Of a stretch of DNA of 64,000 bases, positions 20,866 to 33,381 are shown one piece after another (the first letter of the stretch is position 1; each line of letters begins with the position of its first letter). The stretch spans positions 22,917 through 86,916 of the forward strand of contig CAVOID010000013.1 of the NCBI GenBank assembly GCA_963695875.1. Reading direction: 5' to 3'. This stretch comes from an uncultured delta proteobacterium. GTDB taxonomy: Bacteria; Desulfobacterota; Syntrophia; Syntrophales; UBA2185. A program made the translations under genes and the position numbers. Under the pieces are notes generated by a model. The model was not told the DNA's origin and ran no database searches. It worked only from the letters and a program-made list of their open reading frames with translations.

Positions 20866-22154
20866 ATGACACAATTAGAGATAGCGCGAAAAGGCTCAAT
20901 ATCTGAAGAAATGAAAAAATGTGCCGAAGTGGAGGGGGTATCCCCTGAATTCATTCGCGACGGTGTCGAGAAAGGCACCATCGTAGTGATCCGTAATATA
21001 AAGCACAGTACCATAGCGCCGCTTGCCATTAGGCAAAGGACTCAAGACAAAAATCAATGCCAATATAGGAACATCTAAAGACCGTGTGGATCTCGATCTG
21101 GAGCTCGAAAAAGTGAAAATTTCTGTCGCTGCAGGGGCAGATACAATCATGGACCTGTCCACAGGCGGTGATATCAGACGGATCAGGCAAGCTATCATCA
21201 AGGCATCAACAGCTCCCCGTTGGGACAGTCCCTATCTACCAGGCTGCCGCCGATATGGTGGAGGCGAAAAAAGCCATCATGGAAATGACCGGTGACGACA
21301 TGTTCCGGGTTATAGAAGAAAATGGTGAGGACGGCGTTGACTTCATCACCGTTCATTGTGGTGTAACAAGAAGAAGTGTGGCATGCATAGAGGAAGAAGG
21401 GCGCATATTAGGTATTGTGAGCAGGGGCGGCTCCATTACCAGAAACTGGATGTCATTTAATGACAGAGAAAATCCCTTATATGAAGAATATGACCGCCTG
21501 TTAGAAATCGCCAAGCGTTACGATATGGTCCTCAGTCTCGGTGACGGGCTACGGCCGGGGTGCATCGCTGATGCCACAGACCGGGGACAGGTTCAGGAAT
21601 TAATTCTTCTTGGTGAACTCGCAAAAAGGGCAAGAGATTACGGGGTTCAGGTCATGATAGAAGGTCCCGGACATGTACCTATCAAAGAGATCGAAGCCAA
21701 TATCCAGCTACAGAAGAGTTTGTGTAACGGCGCACCTTTCTATGTCCTTGGACCACTACCAACCGACATCGCTCCCGGTTATGATCACATCACCTCAGCA
21801 ATCGGCGGGGCCATTGCCGGAGCGGCAGGTGCAGACTTTCTCTGCTACGTAACACCGTCAGAGCACCTTCGCCTACCCACGCTCGAAGATGTCAGGGAAG
21901 GCGTCATCGCATCAAAGATCGCCGCCCATATTGCCGATATTGCAAAGGAAATCCCCGGCGCCCTTAACAAGGACAAGATGATGGCACGCTACAGAAAGGA
22001 TTTCGACTGGCAGGGTCAGGTCAAAATATCCATTGACCCGGAAAGAACAAAGAAATTCCTCGAGACCAGTCAAAGCGCAAAAGAAGAGGGATGTACCATG
22101 TGCGGAGAATTTTGCGCCATCAAGCTGGGGAAAATCAGCAGTCATAAAGGGTAA
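20866..22154 (+). CDS. thiC: Phosphomethylpyrimidine synthase ThiC (two frameshifts)
   Basis: [55 protein letters not shown] riboswitch upstream. Confidence 0.92.
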
Positions 22155-22241
22155 TCGCAATAGAAGATTGAGCAGGGTTAAAAATTGTCAGCTTCAGCAT
22201 CCATTTTTCCCCAATATTCGACTTTGTACAGATTATCATTA

Positions 22242-22376
22242 GAGACCTTTGAAACTTTTCGTCCAATGTAATCACGAGGCGTGAAGCGTCCGTGGTAATC
22301 TTACTATTTATCAAAGACTTATAACATTTCTCCTTTTCAGCCGAAATGAACAAAACGAGTGTTTTTCAAAGGTCTT
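22242..22376. mobile_element. Degenerate MITE-like element
   Basis: Ends GAGACCTTTGAAA / TTTCAAAGGTCTT; internal GTAATCACGAGG..CGTGGTAATCT resembles the GTCATTGCGAG family core. Confidence 0.6.
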
Positions 22377-22524
22377 ATCGAAAAAAACCTTTGCTTCTAT
22401 TAAAAATCCCTTTATAAATTCTCCATGAATCTTGTCGCATCAAGAGATAGACAAATCATACTTGACTAAACTCCGAAAAAAATATAATTAAATCCGATTT
22501 CTATTTAAATTGGATAAGTTATTT

Positions 22525-24006
22525 ATGGATGAAAGCGAACTTTTAAGAAAGAAAAAAGAAAAGATAGAATCCCTTAAAGCTGAAGGCATTGAACTGTATC
22601 CCAACGATGTTCGCGTTAAAGATACGGCCGCGTCTATTACAGAGCGTTTTATCAACATGGACAGCGATGCCCTTGCCGCAATAGATGAGAGATTCATCAT
22701 AGCCGGCAGGTTGATGGCCATCCGAGACTTCGGAAAAGGGTCATTTGTCATGATCCAGGACAGAACGGGCAGGCTTCAGGCTTATATAAGAAAGAATCAG
22801 GTGGGGGAAAAGACCTATTTATTATTTAAAAGACTCGATGTGGGAGACATCGTTTTTGTTGCAGGGAAGATATTCAGAACCAGGACAAATGAACTTACTA
22901 TTGACGCTGACGAAGTGAAGCTTTTGTCCAAGGCTATAAGACCTCTGCCGGAGAAATGGCATGGTCTCACGGATATCGAGACGAGGTACCGCCAGCGACA
23001 CCTTGATCTTATTGTTAACCCGAATGTTAAAGAGGTATTCTATAAACGAAGCCGCATCATTCAACTTATACGTCGCTTCATGGAGAAACGCGATTTCCTG
23101 GAAGTAGAAACGCCCATGATGCAGCCGAAGGCGGGTGGTGCCATGGCACGTCCCTTCAAGACGCATCACAATGCTCTGGGTATGGATTTTTACCTGAGGA
23201 TAGCCCCTGAACTGTATCTAAAACGGTTGATTACGGGAGGGCTCGACAGGGTCTACGAAATAAACAGAAACTTCAGGAATGAAGGTATTTCCACCTTTCA
23301 TAACCCCGAATTTACAATGATGGAATTCTATCAGGCCTATGCCACGTACGAGGACCTGATGGTAATGACAGAAGAGATGTTTACCTTCATCGCTATGGAG
23401 CTTCTCGGTTCCCTCAAGTTTCAGTACCAGGGGACTGAAATCGACCTGACCCCCCCATGGCCGCGTATTTCAGTCAGGGACGCGATTATGCAATATGGCA
23501 AGATAACCGCTGACGTGCTTGATGATGCCGCCAGGATTGTGGCCTGCGCAAGAAGTCTGGGGCTAAACATAAATGACGGCGAACCCCGTGGGAAAGTGAT
23601 GATGGCTATATTTGAAAAAGAGGTGGAGGACAAGCTCATTCAACCCACGTTTATAACTCATTATCCTGTCGAGGTTTCTCCCCTTTCGAGGAAAAATCCT
23701 GCTCATCCTGAGTTGACCGATAGATTCGAGCTCTATATTTATGGAAAAGAAATTGCTAATGCCTTTTCTGAGCTTAATGACCCCGTTGACCAGCGGGACC
23801 GGTTTGTCATGCAGCTTAAAGAAAGAGAAGCCGGGGATGATGAGGCACATGAAATGGATGAGGATTACATCCGAACTCTAGAATACGGGATGCCGCCCAC
23901 AGCGGGAGAAGGAATCGGCATCGACAGGCTGGTCATGCTCTTTACAGACTCTGCCTCTATAAGGGATGTTATCCTTTTCCCCCTTTTGAGAACCAAGGAA
24001 GAATAG
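22525..24006 (+). CDS. lysS: Lysine--tRNA ligase (class II)
   Basis: PLPEKWHGL, YLRIAPELYLKR, FRNEGI..HNPEF, YGMPPTAGEGIGIDRL. Confidence 0.97.
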   Translation: MDESELLRKKKEKIESLKAEGIELYPNDVRVKDTAASITERFINMDSDALAAIDERFIIAGRLMAIRDFGKGSFVMIQDRTGRLQAYIRKNQVGEKTYLLFKRLDVGDIVFVAGKIFRTRTNELTIDADEVKLLSKAIRPLPEKWHGLTDIETRYRQRHLDLIVNPNVKEVFYKRSRIIQLIRRFMEKRDFLEVETPMMQPKAGGAMARPFKTHHNALGMDFYLRIAPELYLKRLITGGLDRVYEINRNFRNEGISTFHNPEFTMMEFYQAYATYEDLMVMTEEMFTFIAMELLGSLKFQYQGTEIDLTPPWPRISVRDAIMQYGKITADVLDDAARIVACARSLGLNINDGEPRGKVMMAIFEKEVEDKLIQPTFITHYPVEVSPLSRKNPAHPELTDRFELYIYGKEIANAFSELNDPVDQRDRFVMQLKEREAGDDEAHEMDEDYIRTLEYGMPPTAGEGIGIDRLVMLFTDSASIRDVILFPLLRTKEE

Positions 24007-24015
24007 AATACACCG

Positions 24016-25293
24016 ATGTCCTTTGAACTTTTTATCAGCCTCCGATACCTCCGGGCCAAGCGAAAACAGATATTTGTCTCCATTATCACATTTATATCCA
24101 TTGCCGGGATTTTCCTGGGTGTTGCCGCACTGATTATCGTCCTTGCAGTAATGAATGGTTTTGAAACTGACCTGCGGAATAAGATACTTGGAATAAATTC
24201 TCACATCGTTCTGATGAAGCATACGGGGGCAATGAGAGATTACCAAAAGGTCATGAATGAGATATCGGATGTCGAAGGTGTCGTCGCCTCTACACCTTTC
24301 ATATACAGTCAGGCCATGATTAAAAACGGGGGTCATACCAGCGGTGTAATCCTGCGTGGAATGCTGATAGATAGCGCATTCAAAGTCATTAATCTGGGAA
24401 AGATGCAGGAGGGGGACATTAATTACCTTTCCGGGAAAGATCGAAACAGCCTACGACTCAGTAAGGATACGTCAGTGCTTCCGGGAATTGTGATAGGCAA
24501 AGAACTGGCAAAAAATATGGGGGTCTTTCTTTTCGAACCTGTCAATATAATATCTCCTATGGGGATCTCTACGCCGATGGGAATGATCCCCAAAATGAAA
24601 AAGTTTATTGTTGTGGGCATTTTTGACTCAGGATTCTACGAGTATGATTCTACCTTGGCGTATATATCCCTTAAAGATTGTCAGGAATTCCTCAGTTTGG
24701 GAGAACAGGTAACCGGACTGGAAATCAAGGTGGACGACATTTACAAGGCAAATGTCATTGCCAAATCCATAGAGAGAAAACTTGGATTTCCCTTCTGGGC
24801 CAGACACTGGATGGAAATGAACAAGAACCTCTTCGCCGCCTTGAAACTCGAGAAGAGGGTCATGTTTATCATCCTCAGTCTCATCGTACTGGTTGCGGCG
24901 TTCAACATAATATGCACCCTGATCATGATAGTCATGGAAAAAAACAAGGACATCGCCATCTTGAAATCCATGGGGGCAACTTCAAAAAGCATCATGAAGA
25001 TTTTCATTTTTCAGGGATTGACAATTGGCGCCATCGGTACTCTTCTGGGGTGCATCGGTGGGCTTGCCGTTGCATTAAATCTTGAGAAGGTTTCCGTATT
25101 CATCGAGAATCTTTTCGGCTTTAAAATACTGCCCGGAGATGTATATTACTTGAGCCAGTTACCTTCGCAGGTCAATTACAGCGACGTTTTGATCATTATT
25201 GTAGGAACCATGCTGATATGCTTCCTGTCAACTATTTACCCGTCCCGGAGGGCTTCCAAACTGGACCCGGCGGAGGCCCTGAGATACGAGTGA
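24016..25293 (+). CDS. lolE: Lipoprotein-releasing ABC transporter permease LolC/E
   Basis: [42 protein letters not shown]. Confidence 0.9.
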   Translation: MSFELFISLRYLRAKRKQIFVSIITFISIAGIFLGVAALIIVLAVMNGFETDLRNKILGINSHIVLMKHTGAMRDYQKVMNEISDVEGVVASTPFIYSQAMIKNGGHTSGVILRGMLIDSAFKVINLGKMQEGDINYLSGKDRNSLRLSKDTSVLPGIVIGKELAKNMGVFLFEPVNIISPMGISTPMGMIPKMKKFIVVGIFDSGFYEYDSTLAYISLKDCQEFLSLGEQVTGLEIKVDDIYKANVIAKSIERKLGFPFWARHWMEMNKNLFAALKLEKRVMFIILSLIVLVAAFNIICTLIMIVMEKNKDIAILKSMGATSKSIMKIFIFQGLTIGAIGTLLGCIGGLAVALNLEKVSVFIENLFGFKILPGDVYYLSQLPSQVNYSDVLIIIVGTMLICFLSTIYPSRRASKLDPAEALRYE

Positions 25294-25964
25294 AGATACA
25301 GGTAAATAATTTAAACAAGACTTTCGTCAAGGATGGCAACAAGATCGAAGTTTTGAAGGACTTGGACATCACTATTGGCCGGGGACAATCATTGGCTATT
25401 CTCGGTGTTTCCGGAGCAGGGAAAAGTACCTTAATCCATATCCTAGGAACACTGGATCACCCGACATCGGGTGTTGTTCTATTTGACGATATTAATGTCT
25501 TTGAGTGGGATAAGAACAAACTGTCAGAGTTCAGAAACAAGACAATTGGTTTTGTTTTCCAGTTCCATAATCTGTTGCCGGAGTTTACCGGTCTGGAAAA
25601 TACAATGATGCCGGCACTGATTCATGGCTTGTCTTACCGTAAAGCAAAGGCTCGGGCGGAAGCCATACTGCATGAAGTGGGACTCGGAGACAGGCTGACC
25701 CATAAACCAGGAGAGCTTTCCGGAGGGGAACAACAACGGGTCGCCGTCGCACGGGCACTTATAATGGAACCTGAAATTATTCTGGCGGATGAGCCTACTG
25801 GAAACCTTGATAGTGAAACAGGAAGGAAGATAGAAGACATCCTTGTAGAGCTTAATAGAATCAAACAAATTACCCTTGTTGTCGTGACCCACAATAGATC
25901 ACTTGCCGACAGGATGTCCCAGAAAATAGGCCTCAGAGATGGAAAAATTCATAACTATGAATGA
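25290..25964 (+). CDS. lolD: Lipoprotein-releasing ABC transporter ATP-binding protein
   Basis: [39 protein letters not shown] start overlaps the lolE stop. Confidence 0.92.
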   Translation: MKIQVNNLNKTFVKDGNKIEVLKDLDITIGRGQSLAILGVSGAGKSTLIHILGTLDHPTSGVVLFDDINVFEWDKNKLSEFRNKTIGFVFQFHNLLPEFTGLENTMMPALIHGLSYRKAKARAEAILHEVGLGDRLTHKPGELSGGEQQRVAVARALIMEPEIILADEPTGNLDSETGRKIEDILVELNRIKQITLVVVTHNRSLADRMSQKIGLRDGKIHNYE

Positions 25965-26148
25965 CGACTCTGTAAAAAGTCCATATGCTGTGTTGCGCTA
26001 CAACCCTCCCCGGATCAAGTCCAGGGCAGGCTTATGCAGCGTACACCTGTGTACGCATCATTCCTCGGGATTTGCGCGCCTTGAAACTTTCGCTTTTTGC
26101 AGAGCCATCCATTGTCAACCAAGTTCGCGACTTCTTATGGGATCATCA
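25963..26148. mobile_element. MITE-like palindromic element between lolD and bamA
   Basis: GACGACTCTGTAAAAAG ... CTTTTTGCAGAGCCATC (14/17 inverted match), internal hairpins, extra degenerate end near 26128-26148; solo end at 62351. Confidence 0.65.
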
Positions 26149-28804
26149 TGAGCAAAAAATATTTTCTCATAAAAGCCTCCATTCTGCTGATTTTATTCCT
26201 GTTAATAAATCATCAGAATGTTTTTGCGGAAGATGTGAAAAAAATCGTTCTCCTTCCCTTCGAAATATACAGTAAAGCAAATGTATCCGAACTGCGTGAA
26301 GCCATTTATAAAGGACTTTCTGCGGAACTGGTCAAATCAAAAAACATTCAGCTTACCGAAAGAGGTACATTTGCCAAATCCATCGAGGGCAAAAAGATCG
26401 ATGAAAAACTTGCCCTCAATGTGGGTAAAGAGCTGGGCGTCGATTATGTTATCATGGGGAGTCTCTCCGCATTCGGAGAGCAAATCAGCGTCGATGCAAG
26501 AGTCATTGATGTAAAGGAAGGGAGAGCACTGCCGGCCGTATTTGCTCAGGGCAAAGGCATAAAAAGTATTGGCTCTTTATCCGCCCAAATAAGGACAAAT
26601 ATAATAATCAAAATAGCAGCGGATATGAGGATAGCAAAAATTGAATTTAAGGGTAACCGGAAAATTGAGATCAATGCTATCAGTCAGGTCCTGAAAACCG
26701 CCAGGGGAAACCTGTTCTCAGAGACAGACCTTTCCGCCGATATAAAAGCTATTTACAAGATGGGATATTTCGATGACGTAGCTGCTGATGTCACAACTAC
26801 ACCGGAAGGGAAAATCATTACTTTTATTGTCAAGGAAAAAGCACTCATCTCAGAGATAAGAATAAAAGGGTACAAAGGCATTGATAAAGGAGAGATTGAA
26901 AATGCACTGACATTCAAGGTCCGTCAGGTTCTTAACCCGGAGAAAATTGCCGCGAGCATGGAAAAGATTAAGGTCCTTTATGACAGCAAGGGATACTACA
27001 ATGCGGAGATTAAATATGACGTCAACAAAGAAGGTGAAAAAGACGTAATTATTACCTTCAATATCACGGAAAACGAGAGGCTGTATGTCAAAACCATCTC
27101 TTTTGAGGGAACCCGGGCATTTACGGATAAAGAGTTGAAAAACACAATGACCATTACGGAAAAGGGATTTTTCTATATTTTCACCGACTCAGGTATTCTA
27201 AAAAAAGACCAATTGAAAGAGGATACCAATAAGTTGGCTGCATTTTACCTCAATCACGGTTATATCAATGTCCAGGTCGGCGAACCTGTAATCACCCATG
27301 ACACGAAGGGGATTTACATAAAGATACCGATTGTGGAAGGTAAACAATTTAAAGTGGGCAAGGTAGATATTACTGGCGATACGTTAACAGTGCCTCGGAC
27401 TGAACTCCTGACTAAATTAAAAATCAACAAGGCAGAATTTTATAACAGGGAATCGGTCATAAAAGATATGGAGTATCTTAGCCAGGTCTGCAATGATGAC
27501 GGTTATGCCAATGCCGATGTTGCTCCACGTACTGTTCCCCAGGAAAAAGAGCAATCTGTAGATGTTACTTATAATATTAAAAAAGGCAGTCAGGTCTACT
27601 TCAACAGAATAACCTTCACGGGCAACACGAAAACGCGAGATAAAGTGCTTAGAAGGCAGTTATCCATTAACGAAGGGGATCTATACAGCAGCAGCAAACT
27701 TAAGCAAAGTTATATGGATCTCAATCGGTTGAGATACTTTGAAGAAATCAACTTTCAGACAGAAAAGGGGCCTGATGAAACCCTCACTGATGTCAATATC
27801 AGCGTTAAGGAAAAACCGACAGGCATGTTTAGTATCGGTGCGGGGTACAGTGCCTTGGACCACGCCATTGGCACTGCACAGATTACCCAGCAAAACCTCT
27901 TTGGCAGGGGGCAGACCTTGAGCCTTAGGGCAAGCTTGGGATCTATATCATCGTTGTATGAACTCTCATTTATAGAACCATGGCTGTTTGATATTCCTTT
28001 ATGGAGCAAATTCGACCTCTGGAATTCATATCGACAGTATGACAGTTATAATTTATATTCAACGGGCGGTGGAATGACATACGGTTATCCTCTTTCTTTC
28101 CTCGGAAAGTATATAGTTGGTTATATAGGATACAAGCTTGTTTCAAACGACGTCAGAGACATCCTGGACACGGCATCCAATGTAATAAAGCAACAAGCGG
28201 GGCAAACTACAACAAGCGAGGTGTCTGTCAGCCTTGTAAGGGACTCGACCGATGATTATATGTTTCCCACGAAGGGCTCTAAAAACTCTGTTGGTGTTGA
28301 TTTCGTAGGCGGACCCCTGCAGGGCGACACAGAATTTATCAGATACGGCGTAAAATCTTCATGGTTCTTTCCCCTGCCCCTGGATACGGTATTTGGCGTG
28401 CGCGGGCAAGGCGGATACATACAGGGTAGCAGTGAGGACAATAAGGTCCCTATTTATGAGCGTTACTATCTGGGAGGGATAACTACTCTTCGCGGACTCC
28501 GGGATATAGGGCCGAAAGATCCGGTCACAAATGACCCTCTCGGTGGTTTTACAATGCTATGTTTCAATGCTGAATTTATATTCCCTCTAATTAAAAATGC
28601 CGGTATGAAAGGGGTCATCTTTTACGATACAGGTAATGCATGGGACAGCGGTTATCATTTGATGACTTGAGGCAAACCGCAGGCGTAGGCATCCGGTGGT
28701 ACTCACCCATCGGTCCGCTGCGTCTTGAATGGGGATATGTCCTGGACAGAAAGGCTGATGAATCTGCCAGCAGATTTGAATTTACAATTGGCATGTTTAT
28801 GTAG
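26148..28804 (+). CDS. bamA: Outer membrane protein assembly factor BamA (frameshift near 28665)
   Basis: POTRA repeats, [22 protein letters not shown] motif; shifted frame ends [16 protein letters not shown]...FEFTIGMFM. Confidence 0.95.
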
Positions 28805-28839
28805 ACATGCCATGTCACCTTAATAAGGAGGAAAATTTT

Positions 28840-29376
28840 ATGAAACAAAATGGCCTGGTGATTTTGACATTAATGATGATTCTTGCGGTTTTCTTGTACG
28901 GCTCTTATGCGAGTGCCGCGGAAAAGACAGGCTTCATCGACATGAGACGAATCATGCTCAATTCAGATGCGGGGAAAAAGGCTACCGCAGAATTATCGAA
29001 GCTCTATGAAAAAGACAAAGGCCAGATACAGACAAAGGAAGCAGAGCTGAAGAAGCTGAAAGATGACCTTGACAAACAGAGAGCGGTGCTTACCGAATCC
29101 GCCATGAAAGAAAAGGAGGCGGCCTACCAGAAGAAATTCAGGGACTACCAGCTGCTGGTCAAGGATGCCAATGAAGAAATGCAGGCAAGAGATCAGGAAC
29201 TTTCTAAAAAGATGGTCCCTGAGATTATCAAGGTATTGACAGCCATCGGTGATAAAGAGAAGTACACTATGATCGTTGATCTGAGCAGCTTTCCGATACC
29301 TTACCATGCAAAAGAAAACGAACTGACAGATCGTGTAATTCAAGAACTCAATAAAACGTATAAACCAAAGAAGTAA
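28840..29376 (+). CDS. skp: OmpH/Skp periplasmic chaperone
   Basis: Signal peptide, [11 protein letters not shown], coiled coil; located between bamA and lpxD. Confidence 0.9.
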   Translation: MKQNGLVILTLMMILAVFLYGSYASAAEKTGFIDMRRIMLNSDAGKKATAELSKLYEKDKGQIQTKEAELKKLKDDLDKQRAVLTESAMKEKEAAYQKKFRDYQLLVKDANEEMQARDQELSKKMVPEIIKVLTAIGDKEKYTMIVDLSSFPIPYHAKENELTDRVIQELNKTYKPKK

Positions 29377-29392
29377 AAATCAGGATAACGCT

Positions 29393-30433
29393 TTGAAGAA
29401 GACATTGAGTGAAATTGCATCTTTCTTAAATGGTGAGATTATCGGAGATCCTCAGGTAGTAATTGAAAATATCCGGGGAATCGATGAGGCCGGAGTGGGT
29501 GATCTGACCTTCATTGCAAACCCAAAATACCTGAAGATGCTTGAGACAACAAATGCCTCCGCTGTTCTGGTCTCACCCGGGACGGAGAAGGCCGATAAAA
29601 ATCTGATTATTGTTGACGACCCATATATTGCCCTCGGCAAGGTCCTCGCATTTTTTTATCCCGAAGATCATGACCCCCCCATGATAAGCAAAGAAACCTT
29701 CATCGAGGAAGGCGCCATTATCTCTGAAGATGCCACGATCCATCCAGGCGTCTATGTCGGTCGGGGAGCAAAAATCGAACGTGGGGTTATCCTTTACACA
29801 GGTGTCTGCATTGGTCGTCATGTCCGCATTGGTGAAGATTCCATTCTGTATCCCAATGTTGTTGTGTACAGAAGATGTATCGTCGGAAGGAGGGTCATTC
29901 TCCATGCAGGTGTTGTTGTTGGAAGTGATGGATTTGGCTTTGCCAGGCCTGGACAGGAAAATATAAAAATCCCCCAGGTGGGTATAGTTCAAATAGACGA
30001 TGATGTTGAAGTGGGAGCCAACACTACCATCGATCGGGGTACCATTGATAAGACCTGGATACAAAAGGGAGTAAAAATCGACAATCTGGTTCAAATTGCC
30101 CACAATGTAGTAATTGGAGAAAATTCCGTAATTGTATCACAGGTCGGCATTTCGGGAAGTACAAAACTGGGTAAGAGTGTCATCCTGGGGGGTCAGGCCG
30201 GCCTGGTCGGCCATATTAATATAGGGGATTATGTTATGGTTGGTGCCCAGTCAGGTGTTCATGAAGATGTCCCCTCCAATCAGATCGTATCAGGCTCTCC
30301 TCATATGCCTCACAGGCAGTGGTTGCGAGTCGAGGCATGCGTTTCACATCTCCCGGAGATGCGAAAAACTGTCGCCGCACTTTTAAAGCGAGTGGAAGAA
30401 CTGGAAACAAAGATAAGAGGGATCAAACAATGA
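29393..30433 (+). CDS. lpxD: UDP-3-O-acylglucosamine N-acyltransferase
   Basis: Hexapeptide repeats, [30 protein letters not shown]. Confidence 0.96.
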   Translation: MKKTLSEIASFLNGEIIGDPQVVIENIRGIDEAGVGDLTFIANPKYLKMLETTNASAVLVSPGTEKADKNLIIVDDPYIALGKVLAFFYPEDHDPPMISKETFIEEGAIISEDATIHPGVYVGRGAKIERGVILYTGVCIGRHVRIGEDSILYPNVVVYRRCIVGRRVILHAGVVVGSDGFGFARPGQENIKIPQVGIVQIDDDVEVGANTTIDRGTIDKTWIQKGVKIDNLVQIAHNVVIGENSVIVSQVGISGSTKLGKSVILGGQAGLVGHINIGDYVMVGAQSGVHEDVPSNQIVSGSPHMPHRQWLRVEACVSHLPEMRKTVAALLKRVEELETKIRGIKQ

Positions 30434-31206
30434 ATATTCATCCAACAGCTATCATATCGCCTGAGGCCAATATCTCGGAAGGGGCAGAAATAGGCCCCTA
30501 CACTATAATAGGTCGGGACGTAAATATCGGCAAAAGCACGGTTATTGGACCACATGTAGTCATTGACTCCCATACGGATATCGGCGAGCGTTGCCGCATA
30601 TTTCAATTTACCTCAATCGGTGCCATTCCTCAAGATCTGAAATTTAAAGGAGAAGAAAAGCGGGTCATCATTGGAAACAATAATACAATTAGAGAATTTG
30701 TTACCATAAACAGGGGTACCGCTTCCGATATAGGTATGACCATCATCGGAAATAATAACCTCATCATGGCCTACTGCCATATTGCCCACAATTGTAAGCT
30801 GGGAAATAATATTATCATGGTTAATGCGGCCAATCTGGCAGGCCATATCCATGTCGATGATTACGCTATTATCGGGGGCTTGACTGGCGTTCATCAGTTC
30901 ACCCGCATAGGCTCCCATTGTATCATCGGCGGCATGTCTGCGGTGGACAAGGATATTCCTCCGTTTGTTACTGCCGCCGGCAACAGAGCAAGACTGTACG
31001 GCCTCAATGTAATAGGTCTGAAACGCAGGGGTTTTAAAGAAGAAACCATCAAGGCCCTGAAAAAAGCTTACAGGATTGTATTTCGATCATCTCTCCTTCT
31101 TTCCGTAGCAATCGAAAAAGTCAAAAACGAGGTTGAAGATATTCCGGAAGTAAGACAGTTTGTTGAATTTATCGAGAGTAGGTCAGCGAGGGGAATCTGC
31201 AGGTAA
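30430..31206 (+). CDS. lpxA: Acyl-ACP--UDP-GlcNAc(3N) acyltransferase
   Basis: [41 protein letters not shown]. Confidence 0.96.
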   Translation: MNIHPTAIISPEANISEGAEIGPYTIIGRDVNIGKSTVIGPHVVIDSHTDIGERCRIFQFTSIGAIPQDLKFKGEEKRVIIGNNNTIREFVTINRGTASDIGMTIIGNNNLIMAYCHIAHNCKLGNNIIMVNAANLAGHIHVDDYAIIGGLTGVHQFTRIGSHCIIGGMSAVDKDIPPFVTAAGNRARLYGLNVIGLKRRGFKEETIKALKKAYRIVFRSSLLLSVAIEKVKNEVEDIPEVRQFVEFIESRSARGICR

Positions 31207-31209
31207 TTT

Positions 31210-31332
31210 AAGCACTAAATCCGAATATCGAAATACTAAACAAATTCAAAAATTCAAATATCAAAATACAAACTGTTTTGCGCATTTGGATTTTGATATT
31301 GTTTAGGATGCAGGATTTAGAATTTAGGATTT
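31210..31332. repeat. AT-rich long imperfect inverted repeat built of heptamer-like units
   Basis: Arms of about 49 nt: aagcactaaatccgaatatcgaaatactaaac... / ...gtttaggatgcaggatttagaatttaggattt. Confidence 0.65.
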
Positions 31333-31342
31333 AATCAACGAT

Positions 31343-32290
31343 ATGAAGAAAATCAAAGTCGGTGTTGTGGGTATCGGTCACTTGGGTAACTACCACCTGC
31401 AAAAATACAGTAAATTATCCGACTGTAAAATTGTCGGTGTCGTGGACATCATAGATGAGCGTACCCGGAAGGCAGCGGAAACATACAACTGCATGGCTCT
31501 GTCCGATCACCGTAAGCTGATAGGATTGGTTGATGCCGTTAGCATTGCTGTTCCAACAGTATCTCATCACAGGATTGCGAAAGATTTTTTGGAAGCAGGA
31601 GTTGATGTCCTGCTGGAAAAACCGATTGCCGCCACCATCGAAGAGGCTGACGAACTTGTGGCCATTGCTGAAGCAAAAGGATTGATATTTCAAATAGGAT
31701 TTCTGGAACGATTTAATCCGGCAATTGTTGCACTGAAGTCGGTCATGGGTAAGCCTCTCTTTATTGAAACCCATCGCCTTCATCCCTTTTTCGAACGTGG
31801 TACAGATGTTGATGTTATACTTGATCTGATGATCCATGATCTCGACATTATTTTGCACTTTGTCAAATCACCCGTGCAGACGGTAGAAGCAGTCGGCATA
31901 TCGGTACTGTCGGACAAGGTGGATATAGCCAATGCCAGGCTCACCTTCTGTTCCGGTTGTGTGGCCAACATCACCGCCAGCAGAATAACAGGGAAGACCA
32001 TGCAGAAAATTCGATTCTTCGGTCTGGAGGGGTATCACGCAGTTGATTATGAAAAGCGAGAGCTGGTCTCTTTGAGCAGGAGAAACGGAGCCGAAGGAAA
32101 GATTGAAATTAGCGGAAACCCCATAGAAGTCAAGAAATTTGACCCATTGGAAGAAGAGATCCGCTCATTTCTTGATGCAGTGATCAGCAGGAATCCGCCT
32201 CCTGTATCCGGAAAGGACGGAAGAGACGCCTTGGAATTGGCTCTCCTTATCGCTGAAAAGGCGAAAAAGTCGCGGGAGATACTGCCATGA
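31343..32290 (+). CDS. gnnA: Gfo/Idh/MocA oxidoreductase, GnnA-like (UDP-GlcNAc 3-dehydrogenase)
   Basis: GVVGIGHLG, LLEKPIA, ERFNPA, DLMIHDLD; position between lpxA and lpxB. Confidence 0.72.
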   Translation: MKKIKVGVVGIGHLGNYHLQKYSKLSDCKIVGVVDIIDERTRKAAETYNCMALSDHRKLIGLVDAVSIAVPTVSHHRIAKDFLEAGVDVLLEKPIAATIEEADELVAIAEAKGLIFQIGFLERFNPAIVALKSVMGKPLFIETHRLHPFFERGTDVDVILDLMIHDLDIILHFVKSPVQTVEAVGISVLSDKVDIANARLTFCSGCVANITASRITGKTMQKIRFFGLEGYHAVDYEKRELVSLSRRNGAEGKIEISGNPIEVKKFDPLEEEIRSFLDAVISRNPPPVSGKDGRDALELALLIAEKAKKSREILP

Positions 32291-33381
32291 TACCCATGGT
32301 CGACCTGCAAAGACAGTATAAAACCCTCAAAGCCGATATCGATACCGCCATACAGGGTGTACTTGACGGGGCACAATTTATTCTGGGACCGAATGTAGCG
32401 GAACTGGAAAAAGAAATTGCCGCGTATCACGGTGTCCCTCATGCTATCGGCATTGCCAGCGGTACCGACGCCCTGCTGCTGTCGCTCCGGGCCTGCGGCA
32501 TCGGCGCGGGAGATGAGGTTATTACCACTCCCTTTACCTTCATTGCCACTGCGGAAGTTATATCACTTCTCTCTGCTACACCAGTCTTTGTAGACATTCG
32601 GCCGGAAACATTCAATATCGACCCTGATAAAATAGAAGAGAAGATCACGGAAAAAACCAAAGCAGTCATCCCTGTCCATCTCTTTGGCCATCCTGCGGAT
32701 ATGGATCCTATAGTCAGGATTGCGCGGAAATATAACATTAAAATCATAGAAGATTGCGCCCAGGCCTTTGGCGCGACGTACACCGGGAAAAAGGTGGGTA
32801 CCATAGGAGACTGCGGTTGCTTCAGTTTCTTCCCGAGTAAAAACCTGGCCGGCTACGGTGACGGAGGGATTATCATCACCCGGAATGAGGATCTGGCAAA
32901 GCTGATCAGGCTCCTCCGTAATCACGGCAGTGCAGTTAAATACCATCACTCGATTTTAGGTTACAACAGCCGTCTTGATGAAATCCAGGCTGCCATCGTC
33001 CGCGTCAAAATGAAAAAGATCGAAGAATTCAATGACAGGCGCAGGATTAATGCTGACCTGTACAGGACTTTCATCAAAAGGGACGATATCTCATTCCCCG
33101 TTGAGATGCCTGATTGTAAACACATATATCACCAATTCACCATCCGCTCAAAAAACAGGGACAGCATTATGGATACCCTTAAAAATAATAATATCTCCTC
33201 CGCGATCTATTACCCTGTGCCTCTCCATAAGCAGGAGGTGTTTGTCCTACAGAACATCAGCGGCAATAACCTGATAAACAGTGAGACATGTGCCGGAGAG
33301 GTTCTTTCCCTTCCCATGTTCCCGGAGCTGGAAAAAGAGGAAATCCAATATATCAGTAATGTGATCAATCATGCACCCTGA
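32287..33381 (+). CDS. gnnB: DegT/DnrJ/EryC1/StrS aminotransferase, GnnB-like
   Basis: SGTDAL, EDCAQAFG, SFFPSKNL, NSRLDEIQAA; translationally coupled to the oxidoreductase and lpxB. Confidence 0.72.
   Translation: MIPMVDLQRQYKTLKADIDTAIQGVLDGAQFILGPNVAELEKEIAAYHGVPHAIGIASGTDALLLSLRACGIGAGDEVITTPFTFIATAEVISLLSATPVFVDIRPETFNIDPDKIEEKITEKTKAVIPVHLFGHPADMDPIVRIARKYNIKIIEDCAQAFGATYTGKKVGTIGDCGCFSFFPSKNLAGYGDGGIIITRNEDLAKLIRLLRNHGSAVKYHHSILGYNSRLDEIQAAIVRVKMKKIEEFNDRRRINADLYRTFIKRDDISFPVEMPDCKHIYHQFTIRSKNRDSIMDTLKNNNISSAIYYPVPLHKQEVFVLQNISGNNLINSETCAGEVLSLPMFPELEKEEIQYISNVINHAP

Noticed and set aside
20866..22154. BzaA/B/F (benzimidazole synthesis) instead of ThiC
   Set aside because: The upstream element is a TPP riboswitch, not a cobalamin riboswitch, and no cobamide genes are adjacent.
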